Below are positions 50,776 to 61,895 of a DNA stretch of 64,000 bases, piece by piece. The notes below the pieces were generated by a model. The model was not told where the DNA came from, made no database searches, and was given only the letters and a program-made list of their open reading frames with translations. The translations under genes were made by a program, and so were the position numbers. The stretch comes from Marsupella aquatica (lineage: Eukaryota; Plantae; Marchantiophyta). The stretch's first letter is position 1. Every line of letters starts with the position of its first letter. Location of the stretch: contig OZ316893.1 in NCBI GenBank assembly GCA_973895155.1, positions 16,522,645 through 16,586,644 on the forward strand, written 5' to 3'.

Positions 50776-53700
50776 GGTTGGAGGGCTTTGTCAGGTTGTC
50801 CTGGAGGATGGTAGACATACCCGATGAGGATCTATTGGACTTTGTGGGATGCTGGGAGGCTTCTTCCAACACGACACTACTGTATGGAAAGGTGTTCGAA
50901 CTAACACCTACGCTTATCGAAGCCGTCTTCGCTTTACCAACAGGAAAGAAGACTAAGGTGGAGCAGAGGAAGACGTTGTCGGATGACCAGTTCAGGTCAT
51001 TTCCAGGGCCTTCCACTAAGAATGGGTTTTTTAGGAATCAATGTACCAACCCGCATATAGGGCAGCTGATTGATTTCCTGAGAGTCACGTTGCATTGTAC
51101 CTTGCCGAGAGCAGAAATCGGCAAAGCCCAGGTATTTTTGGTGGAGAATATCGATGGAAGCCGAGACTACAACGGCTATCTCTTAATGCAATTGAAGAAG
51201 ATATTAAATGAAGAGAAGTAGAGCATTGGGGAGGGAACGGTATCCAGACTAGGGTACCATCTGCAATTACTTTGCCGATATGCAAGAAGCCAGTCTTTTG
51301 CACTGGTGTTGCCTATACAGGAGCGGATGCCGATCACTGCACCACTTGAGGAGGTGGAGGAGGACGAGGAGCCTCTAAGCAAACGCCCGAGCAAACGATG
51401 CCACGGGAGGAGGTCGGCAACACCGGCAACACAAGAACGGGAGCATTCCCCTATCAAGGAGCCAGAGGTAGTAACATATGATGTAGTGAGAAATCCGTTG
51501 CGCCGGCCTACTCGTAATAATCCATATGCAGGCATCCAATTGGTCGAAAGGAAGATGACTGCCAAAGAGATCAAGAAATATGACGAGCGAATGGATTCGG
51601 AGACAGATGAGGAGGTAAGCCAAAGCCAGGAGAGGCCGGGATTAAGAGCTTCTAATAGAGCCCAAGTGGAGGGACCTGTGGAGGAAAGTCAACCAGCAGC
51701 AGCCCAACAATATTCAAAGGAAGAGATTGGGGGCTTTGGAGGAGAGGCCAGTATGCTAGGTAGTCAGGTTAATGTGGATGATTACGACGATGACGATGTC
51801 GATCACGGGGAGAGGCCGGTACCAGGAGTTAGAACGATGGGAAGGTTTTGTAGAAGACTTCCCGCAGTCTTCTATGGCAAGCCGGAGGACCAGAAAACAC
51901 CAGAATCTCCTCCACCAGATGTGGCGCCATTGGAATTTGACAAGATGAAGGAAGCTGAAGCCGGGCTACAAGAGAGGATTAAGGAGTGGGGGGCCCGGAA
52001 TGCAGAACAGGAATGCCAGCTACCAGGAGGAGAGTGGCCGGAAAAAATAAGACGGCTTAGTGAGAGGCAGGCCGAACCTCTCACTAACTTCGTCAATTAT
52101 GGGCAGAGGCTTGGGAGAGACGACCTCAATGGCAGATGCCAGTATCACCTGGGAGGTCAAACTACGCAAGAAATCGGGCTAAGGAGTATGGAGACATGTG
52201 TGGACTCTTAGCCTTAGAAATCTTCGGTAACGAGTTGGAATCCGGGCCATTTCTTAGAAAAGAAGTGGCTGATCAAACAAGACTGGAGGAGGCAATGACA
52301 TTGGAGCGGTTAAAGAAAGAGGAGGTAATCGCTCGGCTTCGCTCCATGGAAGCCAAAGTTGCTAAGACAAAGTCTGGTCAACCAACTCAACAGGATCTCT
52401 TGGCTAAGCAGCAGGAATTGGAGGTGGCGAACAACCAATTGGAAACTACCAATTGGATAACCAGCAGATCAAGGAAAAATTGACGAAGGTAGAGCTAGAG
52501 TTAGCCGATTCAAAAGCAGAAGTACAGGGTCTAAATTGCCAAGTCGAGAGGCTCAGAAAGACGGCTAAGGATCAGGCCACCTAGAGCGAGAAGGCCTTGA
52601 CAGAAGCCCAAAGGAAGTATGACAAGTTACTCGACCGGTTGGAGGCCATGCGTGAGAAGCATGATGACGCCATGTGCACAGCGGCCAATGATCACCTAAA
52701 CCGGGTTCAACAGATACGCAAGGAGCTTCAGGAGGAGCTAACCAGGACAAAGCAGGCATGGACGGACGAGGTCACAAAACTGGAAGGCATCAACGACTCC
52801 TTGAAAGCAGTCGTAGATAAGCAAGAGTTGGAGATCGTGCAGATCTTAAATGAGGAGCTGAAGATGGCCAGGTCCGAGATACAACGGCTTAACAATGAAG
52901 TTGAAGACGTATCTCAGGAATTGGAGGAGGCCAGGGATAAGATGCTCGGGTTGCAAAAGCGTGCCGACAATCAAACGGAGAAATTGAAGAAGTATGCCGA
53001 AGCGGGATATGGGTCACCAACTAAAAGGCTTCCCATCAGTAGTATGGTAGGCGGAAATACAGTGAAGCCGAAGCCGAAGCCGAGCTCACTATTGTCAAGC
53101 GTGACTGGGGGCAAAGCCATGCAGTTGGTAGCAGATTTGGCAGAGACGTTCATAGGGCCAGGCGATAATAAAGTTAAGCCCCTTAAAGCCACTCCGGAGG
53201 AAGTCGAGAGCATGGCCGCTCACATTTGTGGTATTGTGGCTCTGAAGGCAGCTGTGGTAGAGGTAAGTACTGCGGATCAACTTGGAGCTGCGGTAATAGG
53301 TTCAGACGATGGTACTGCTTCTATGGACGCCCAGAACGTGAAGCCATGGGTTATCGAGACCGAGCGCATCGGGGAGCAGGCTTGGATTGAGGAAGTTAAG
53401 GCAAAAGCTCTCCAAGCCGTTTCCCAGGAGGATGTTGATGCAGCAGCCGATGCCGGGGTCGACAAACCAGAACCCGAAATCGAGGAAGCCGAAGGGGTTA
53501 AGCCGGAGCCGATGGCAGGAGAAGGTGCAGAGTCGGAAGATTCAAACTTACCCTGGTCATCTGTCAATTAAGGAGGGCCAGTCATCGGTTGGAAGGAGGA
53601 CGTGGCGGCAGGAGAAGGGCTTGGGCCAGAAGGGCGCGGCCGTTGTAGGATGGGACAGGGCAAGTAGCACCCTGTTGGCTTAGGTAGTATTAGATGCTTG

Positions 53701-56661
53701 GTTCACACAGGGTTCCGGGCTAGTCAAGTTTTTTAGGTGATAGTTTTTTAGTAGGATTATCGCGGTGGAAGGCTGTGAGTTGTGGTTAGGATTTCCGCCT
53801 TTTCCCCTGAACGCGCTGCAAGGATAAAAACCTGGGCAGCGTGGCTCGGGGGGGCTTTTTCTTAGTCAAGGCTTTAGTGTAAATCTGTATTGTTGTGAGC
53901 ACAGGAAGCTCTCGGCTAAATCTAGACCGCAGGATATCAGTAAACCACCAGTTCCCTTGGATTTTTGAGCAATTGTTTGAATTGAGTTGGCCTCGTTGCA
54001 TAGTTTGCAGATTCTTGCCATCCAAGAAGTTGAGTGTTATGATATTTGTTGCTTGATCGATTTAAGTCAAATAGGGTGAACTGTTGAGCAAAATACAATC
54101 GCATTGTCTTGATTGGAGACTGCCCAATCAAACTCTGAGAGAAAAGTGAGGATTGAGAGTGTTTAGTCGGTGAAGTGTGGGTTGAGTCAGTCTGAAAAAG
54201 ACCTTCAGCCGGCTTAAGAAATTAAGCCGTAGGGGTACATTCCGGGGGCGGAATACAAATATACCTGAAGAAGTTAAAGAGGAATTAGGTGTCTCAGTTG
54301 TGCACAATTCACAAGCCCAGTGAAAGAATCGGTCCAGTAAGTGTGGATCAAAGGAGAGGCTCGCGTTTCCAAACCAAATAGCTGCCAAAGGGCAAGAGGA
54401 CGGACATAAACGAGTGGTTTATGATCGACTGAGGGTAGTTCTTGGGGTTAGAGGTCTTGGAAAATGCGCCACACATTCCAAGTTGCATGTCCTTTTTGTT
54501 TCACCGATTGAGTTACAACATCCCCATTCAATGGAACGCTTCTTTCCAAATCAAACTCAGCAGCATTTGACAGGAGAAGATTGGTGGCTTCCTCAAAGAG
54601 ACACGGTGATCCCGCCAGGTCCGCCGATCTGAAGGCAAGCTCAAAAATAGTTGGGCCAGTTCCTCTGTTCAATCCCCTTTGTATGCAGTACAAGCAGCAA
54701 TTTGAGCAACAACTCTATTTTGGTCCGTTTTGCATCCTTCAAAGAGACCAACCTTCTTTTTCTGTTGCCATGCTTTCATTCCAGCATGCCTAGATTCCGA
54801 TCCAATACAGTTTGGAATCATACCAGCTTCTTCGGCACTCTTGCTCTAAAACATTGCACGCAAGTGTTTAGTACATATAAGAAATTGCACTCACAAGTGG
54901 AAATACAATGGATATAATAGCACCAGGCGCTAGTATACCATACTTGATGACTATGTTTCCATGCAAAATACAGTTGAACACAAAATAAACGTAGTCCTTA
55001 TATCACTCATAGTCCGAATGGATTATTAGTGCTTGGCGCTACTCTTGCGAGTAAGGAACTATGCACCAAGACAACCACCCTTGGAGCATCCGAAGTTTGC
55101 CTGAGTGACAATTGCCAGACCTCCATCAGTCATCGATTTCCCTCAAGATTTGATATGCTTTCAAGAAATTTGATGCATTCTGAAGACGATCCCACACCTC
55201 CTTGTGCTCTCCGTGCTTTCCATCTTTCACACCTTCTTGGGAATGACGATGAAAAGATAGGAAAAAATGAAAGACATCTGATCTTTCTTGCTCTGGGTCA
55301 GGGAGGCCATCAAAGAACACGTTTTGAATAGCATTCCAGCCAGTCTGAGCATTGTCCGCCATGAATCCCCGAATTGTAACATCTTATAAGCCATTTTCAT
55401 TGGCAACCTCAAGCATCAAATGCCAGGCTCTCTCCAGAGATTTTGCATCTTTGGCCTTTAGCTCACAAGTGAATATGGTGCAAAAATGCCCGGTAATGAT
55501 GATCATATACATGGGCACTAAAAGTAAGCCAATCTGCCATGCTTCGATGCATCATGCATGTTAAAACTTACCCATGAGCCCTCTAACGTCTCGCCACGTT
55601 TCATTCTTTGGAGCAGGTCCAGACCACACCCGTCACCTTTTACGGTCATTTTGAAGATATGAGCATTCTCGTCCCGGTAGCCTTGACCAGGGAGTAAGAA
55701 CCTTTGAAGAAAAGGCAATTGGATACACTCTTGCATCTTGACAAGAAATTCCAGTTCCCCTTTCCCCTTCTGATCTTGACGGAAACTCCTTAACACGGAT
55801 GCAAACTTCTGAGGAGATGCAACGACCATCAGGGACTCCCAAATTTCCTTCTCTTCTTCAAGAGAGATTTCTTCAACAAAGGCCTTGAAAAATGTATTTG
55901 TCGATGTCTCAGTCGCAGAGTGTTTTATCCCTGCTGGGGTTGCCATGGGATTTGCACTGAATCCCGTCTCCAAATGCGACTTTGCTACCTTTTCTGCCTC
56001 CCTCGACCACACCCATCTACTGGGATGATTGTGAAATCCCATATGAATAGCAAGTCGCGACATGTGGGCCAAAGACTTTACATCAACTTTTGCAGATGGA
56101 TACATGTAGAACATTAGAGCAGGGCATGCCTCAACGCACATTGGAGGTTTAGAGCAATGGTGACAAACCACTCCACCTTCGGAGATCAATTCCCCAACTT
56201 GGAACAGGTCCAAAAGTTTTGGGGTTCTTGCCCACACCTCATTATTTCTTAACTTGTTGTCTTTCCACCATGGACAAGCATTATTGCGACATTGCAGCGA
56301 TCCCGTACACTAAACTTTCCTGAAATCCCACATTTTCTTCAAGAGAACATTTGAAGATGTTTTCACAATCCGAGTCCAGTAATAACAATCCTTACCACAA
56401 TCCATATCTTTCAAACGTTCCCCTTTCGCGTTCACACAGTCTACCGGGGGTAACTCAAAAACCACATTCCCATTGTAAGATGTGGGAAGACTAGGAACTA
56501 CGTGATGAACAAAATCACTCCCCCTTATAAACCGAGATAATTCACTATGCCCTTTGGATTTTAGGATTGTATCCATTGCACTCTGCCGGTACACAGTCAA
56601 AGGCACGATCTTTTCTCGATCAGCATTATACTCCTTTTCAACCTCGGATAGGTAAATTGGA

Positions 56662-57028
56662 GGTGTTTACAAAAGACAGCAAACAGGAAACAGGATTTAA
56701 TAACAGAAACTGGTAACAGGAAAAAAAACTGGTAACTGGAAAATGGGTGGAATTTTTTTTTGAATTAAAAGTTGTTTTTTTCCGGTCGACCAGTTTTTTT
56801 TGCTAGCGCCCGGCGCTGCTAATAGTAGCGCCCAAAGCTAGCCAAAAATGTTGCATTGTTAATTTTTTTTGGAAATAACATGTTTTAGGAGACATTTTTA
56901 AATTGTCATTTTTCCTGGTAACAGTGACTTTTTCCTGGTAACAGCATATTAAAAACAGTGACTTTTTCCTAGTAACAGTGACTTTTTCCTGGTAACAGTG
57001 ATTGTTTCCTGTCTCCGTCGCTATACCC
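56662..57028. mobile_element. 367-bp MITE-like non-autonomous relative of the Mutator-like family
   Basis: 11-bp TSD GGTAAATTGGA (56651-56661, 57029-57039). G...C termini (GGTGTTTAC...GCTATACCC). GGTAACAG/TTCCTG subterminal repeats. Two family palindromes (56804, 56826). Excision restores the frame GKIPIYLSEVEKEYNADREKIVPLTVYRQSAM. Confidence 0.88.
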
Positions 57029-59711
57029 GGTAAATTGGAATCTTCCCTACAAAAGTAGTTGTCACTTGCTTATCATCTCCAGAACTTTCCAAGAGTTTGA
57101 TGACATCGAGTTTACCCGCCATGGGAGCACGATCATTGGAGGTCCCAGAATCTCTCAAAGCAAAGACCTCGTATTCCTTCTGGGCAGCCATATTCCAATA
57201 TCTTTGACCATGAACAACATCGTAGAAAACTAGAGTCTCCCCTGAACAAACGGACACCAATGAGATTGCTAAAATAGACTCCTTGGCGACATCAAATCTC
57301 ACTCCCAAATATTCCTCTAAAACTCGCTTTGATTTAGATGATTTGGGGATGGGAATTGTGATTACATCCCGAGTGTCCTTCCTCGTGACAACGATATTTT
57401 GAGCTATGGCTTCAAAACATGATAATGGACTTGCCCCGCGCGAAATGAAATATGTTTATCATGAGATTTGAGTACGATAAGTAAACGTTCCATTATCACT
57501 ATAGAGTCGTTATAGTTTTGGACGCACTGCATCAATGACGTTTTGTCGTCTTACCAACGGCAGGATTTGGGCTAGAAGTTACTAGCGCCTGGTGCTACCT
57601 CTGGGTACAATATGATAACACTCTTGGGGTGAGGAGTGCAAAGGTCAATAATAATAGCGCCTGGCGCTACCTATTTCAATCCAAATGAAAACAAAATGCA
57701 CTTACTAGAAAAGTACGATAATGGTATTAACACAGTAGAGCCGACGCGGTACTGTACGAGTCATTAAGTTGGCATGCTTGAAGATCTCCCCTGTATCTCT
57801 GCGAATTCAAACCGTCCGGGTACCAAAGTGTGATAAAGGAAGCATCTCCGAAAGTGATCTAAAAAAACTCTTCAAACAGGAAGCCCGGGACTATCTCTGC
57901 ATTCTCCTTATATCTTGTCGTTCTCCTCCTATGTCCTCATTCTTGAGTCCTTCTTCAATGACATCAACTTCTCGCTCCCAAGTCTCACCTTAGGACTCTC
58001 ATATTCCAGGCAAAGACGGCGTCAAGATCTGGTTGTGCATTGTCGGCGTTGGGTCAGCAATGGTTCTTGCTGAGCTTCTGGGGGCATTCTTGTTGAGAGG
58101 TCCTTGCTTTCAGTCCTACTGTATCTTGATCCGATTCAGTGGCACCTCCACGAGGGAAGGCTAAGGAGGAGGCAGTTGTCCCGAGCAACACCGATTGGGA
58201 GACCCCCACATCGAATAGCTTGCCGCCGCTGCCGACTACACGGAGGATCACGTTTCCAATCTTGGGGAAGGGCAAGACAATCTTGAAGACTAAGATAGCC
58301 CCACCTGCGGGCCGTGGAGAAGGTTCCAGTTGGCCAAATCCAAGCTGCACGCTTCTATTCCCCCTGGGGATATCGCCCCTACTATAGTTGGTCTTTCAAG
58401 AGTTGCCACTCTTTGCACTGATCTCTTTGATGTAGAATCATCCACGGAGAGTGATCCTTCTTCGAGCAGAGACTCATCATCGAGCAGGCAAGGATTTGTG
58501 TGGTATGGATCGAGCGACTCCAACGATGACTCCGATGCATACAAGCCAAGTTGGTGGGAAGACTGATTTCCCATTGTCATAGCGTATTGTTCGAGTGCTG
58601 GACCTACTTGGAGGATGTATCAAAGTTGATGGTAGATGTTTCCATATGTATTTTCCGATAGGAAACGTTTACCGGTAGTTCAGTGCATGTTGGATTACTA
58701 GAGTTTTGAAACATTTTGTATCTGAATGGCAGATCCGTTTGTTTTGATATCGGTGTCAATGCGTTTGAATTGAGAAGACCAAGAGTTAATTTCTGCTTCT
58801 AATCTCATGGTTGTATTGTAGTTATGAATGTGAACTGGATCAATTTTTTAAAATTGTTGGAAACACTTGTTGTTTGTTGATCTTTTTGATAGCGCTTGGC
58901 GCTATTATGAGAAACGAAGAGTTGCTAACAGTTTTGTGACCTGTCCTATCTTTAAATTGATTTTGATAGTGCTTGGCGCTATTAATCCAAAGACCCAGAA
59001 TTCAAACCCTTTGGGTGTTAATTTTACCTTTATTTGAACAAATGCTTTTCCATTCATTTACAAATTAATAGCGCCAGGCGCTATTATAAGTTATTGGACA
59101 ATTCCATCCATGAATTGGTTAATGCTGATATGTTTATTGTGAGTGGAGTCCAATTTGATGATTTATTTCAATACTAGCGCCGAGCGCTACTAAAGTTTAC
59201 TGGTCGACACCTTCGCAAAATTTGAAAATTCAGATATAGGAACTCAATACTACCGTTGATCGCTACTAAAATTATGTATTTTCAAATTCAGTTGAGTGTA
59301 TGTTTTATAATAGCGCTTGGCGCTAGCGTGAATTATCGACACTGTTCTGGTTCCAACGGTCACTTTCTAACAGTAATATTATAGTAGATTGAGGTTCACG
59401 GAACCCTTTTTCCTTTTGTCTCGGATGAAAGGCCAATCAAAGAATGCCATCTGTCCTTGGGACCATTGTAATCGATTGGCTGGGTCCATTGTATCGGTGT
59501 CTTAATACAAGGTTGGGATCACTCTTTGTAGATAATTTAGTCCATTTAAGTGCACAAACCTTGGACTGTACAAGTTTGTCAAGTGTGTATGTGGGTCCTT
59601 TATTGCTCCCGTACATTTTGAGACGTGATTGTCACAAGAACTGCACGGTGTGTACGACACTGTCGGATGATCGAGTCCCTCTCCTCAACATCTTTTGGCT
59701 AGGTGATACGA

Positions 59712-61895
59712 GAATGGGGGAAGCTGATGGTGGTCATTTTGAGTCCTCTTAGTCTTTGTTCTCTGGTTCAGTATACACCCGTCGCGTCACCCGATCGACT
59801 ATGTCCCTGTCAACTTCCAAAGCTGAATCTACACAGCCCTTCTCGAGGTCAATAAGAGGAAGAATGGACCCTAAGGAGGTCTCCATGGGTGAAGTCAATG
59901 ACGTAGGCTTATCCAAGGACGAGGTAATATCAAAGCATGCATTGTCATTCGGGAAGGATTTCCGAGGATTCGATAAGGAGCCACCTCAAATTCCTCTTTG
60001 TAGATTGCTCCCCATGGAGGTTGTTTGAACATTATAGAAAGAGAGCGTGTCGATCGATAAGTTGAAAGAATCATTCCGGGTCACAGGGTACAACTCGCGC
60101 ATTGGGATGCCTTTCTACCTTCAGCTTGCAAATGCCAATGGGGTTCCTCAAAGCTGCACTAGCAAGATTCGGGACTCTTGGGATCCAATCTGGGTCGCAG
60201 AGAATGAGAAGTTTAAGGAAGAGTGTGATGCGGATCCAGCGTTCCACATTCTAAAAGATAAAATGTTTTGTGTGTTTGGCAAAAATCATCGATTGTACTC
60301 CTGGTCAATTGTCACTAGGGAGAATCCGGACAACTTGAAGTATCATCCTCGTGTGATTTGCATCATTTTCAATGGTGACAGAGGTTCTCTGGTTGAGCTC
60401 GAGGCGGACATGCACACCGTGAACCAATAAGTTATATTCGTTAACTATTTTTACCGTTCTCATTCATTTTGGACCAAACATGTTGTACGATAGTGTTCAT
60501 TCCCCAATCTTTGCTAGTGCCCGGCGCTGCTAATTCCTTTTCATTTCATCCAGGCTTGGACAAGCAGTCGTCGAGCCTTCCTGGATTCTTGACGCGGACA
60601 GAATTTCCCAAATTCTGTCGCGTGATCTTGATCACTACAAACCACTGATTGACAGCGCAAACATGGTAAAGTTTGAGGCAATCCAAAAGAAGACAAGAAA
60701 GGGGTCTTGGTTCACACACAAAATGCCACAGGATGCTCTCATCTATATTTTGTGTGTGGACAAAATCAAGTCTTACTCAAATCAATTTAAGTCGGATATG
60801 GCTTTAGCCAAAGCTCAAGGGGCGCCTTGGTCAGAAGAGGAGACCACAAAGAGGCATGAGGCAATGATGAAGGAGGCAACCAAAGATTGGTCGATCAAAG
60901 TGACCAAGATCACCCCTTTACTTCATCCGGATTTTGGAGATTATTTGGGAACCTGTGCTGAGATGTATCCTGTAACTGAGAAGAACAAACGGGAGAAGAA
61001 GCCAGAGATAGTCGTATGCACCATGGATCAAGCCCGGTTGTTTACTGTTGTGTCATACCTGGATCCAAAATTGAGGTGCACCCTTCTAGTAGCCCACTGC
61101 ACTCCTGAGATTTGGAAACAATTTTTCCATCCTGCAAGTGTCAACGACAAGCCTGTGAAGCAGTGGTGCCATACATGGGATACTTGGAATTCTGTTGAGG
61201 GAATTGCAATTGGAATGCTTCACACTTCCTTCAAACAGATTTATGACCGGATGCCGGTTGGCCGTCTCACAAAGTCTGGATGTGAGTCAATGGATGCCAT
61301 GCTGAAGATCATTCTTGATGAATTCAAGAATTTTGGGGATCTTGTAAAGGCAAAATTCTTTAACAACTTGTGGCCTTCCAAGTATGCGGACAAGGAAGAT
61401 TACACAGAGTGGAACCGCAAAAGAGCCAAACAATATCTATACCGGTTTTACATGTGGATGGAGCTTAGATCTCCTGACACTCTATGGGCATAACCTGCTG
61501 CATTTCAGAAATGGGTGTCTATTCAAGAGGGAGACCCTCTTGCCAACCTCTATTTGATGTACCCAGCGGAGGGAAAGTTTCCACCACGTTCATTGTCGGA
61601 GTGGGAGAGACTTCACTGTCCGTGGTACCTCAACACAGACAAATGGGATTTTCCGTTCGACAAAGCTGAGAAGGATGCGTTCATGAAGTTGCAGAAGTCC
61701 CAGATCCCTGCAAACTATGTGTTTGCAATGAAGCAAGGTCTACAATCTGATGTTGATGAATCTGCATCTGAGTTACAGAAGAATTGTGAGACTCTTGTCA
61801 TGCACGTTGACCAAAACTATAAGCCAAGAGCAAAGGCAAAGAATGAGTCAGCTGCACCAAGTGAATCCACAAGGTCCTTCAAGAAAAGTGAGTAG
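59712..61895 (+). pseudogene. ParB/Srx-like gene of copy 2 (N-terminal and middle regions; the MTase-like exons are lost by truncation)
   Basis: KEPPQIPLCRLLPMEVV...IDKLKESFRVTGYNSRIG...MFCVFGKNHRLYSW. Middle region closely matches copy 1 (EATKDWS, VVCTMD, QFFHPASVND, KAKFFN, YPAEGK). Intron ~60427-60553 with a mutated donor. Stops at 60026 and 61491. Confidence 0.8.

Larger units (their letters stand above)
44011..53571 (+). pseudogene. ~1000-aa retrotransposon accessory-type protein (Transposase_32/PMD-like N-terminal motif, long coiled coil), split by copia element 2
   Basis: ATG at 44011 reads MESGPVRD...MNDTGL and continues in frame after the copia element into EGFVRLSW...LYGKVFELTPTLIEAVFALPTG. 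In-frame TAG at 51219 and frameshifts near 52130 and 52450. Heptad-rich C-terminus at 52300-53000. Confidence 0.65.
43253..54473. mobile_element. ~4.6-kb TG...CA element (solo-LTR-like) carrying ORFs; hosts copia element 2
   Basis: 5-bp TSD CATTC (43248-43252, 54474-54478). Termini TGTGATGC...GCGCCACA. Excision restores transposase reading KGHATWNVSTEDSHRHD, versus KGQASRDISAQDSHRHD in copy 1. No internal LTR pair seen. Confidence 0.85.
42094..57407 (-). pseudogene. Mutator-like GCM/DDE/SWIM transposase of copy 2, split by the 43253-54473 and 56662-57028 insertions
   Basis: Colinear with copy 1: VYRQSAMDTILKS, YNGNVVFELPP, CHHC...HMGFHNHP, KGKGELEFLV, MADNAQTGWNA, RGLNRGTGPT, IWFCPNN, CYSCEDFY...PCKH. 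Start codon mutated to ATA at 57407; stop at 42094. Confidence 0.85.
3893..60529. repeat. Dispersed 15-bp palindrome TAGCGCC-N-GGCGCTA (~29 copies), restricted to the Mutator-like elements
   Basis: Starts at 3893, 4195, 5038, 5148, 6276, 6368, 7188, 9796, 11038, 11112, 11257, 11320, 13607, 13683, 15445, 15688, 41978, 54918, 55027, 56804, 56826, 57583, 57655, 58890, 58967, 59069, 59175, 59311 and 60515. None noticed in the CACTA, copia, LINE or gypsy sequence. Confidence 0.93.

Noticed and set aside
58054-58580. Overlapping short ORFs between the copy-2 genes
   Set aside because: No counterpart in copy 1, low complexity, no domain recognised.
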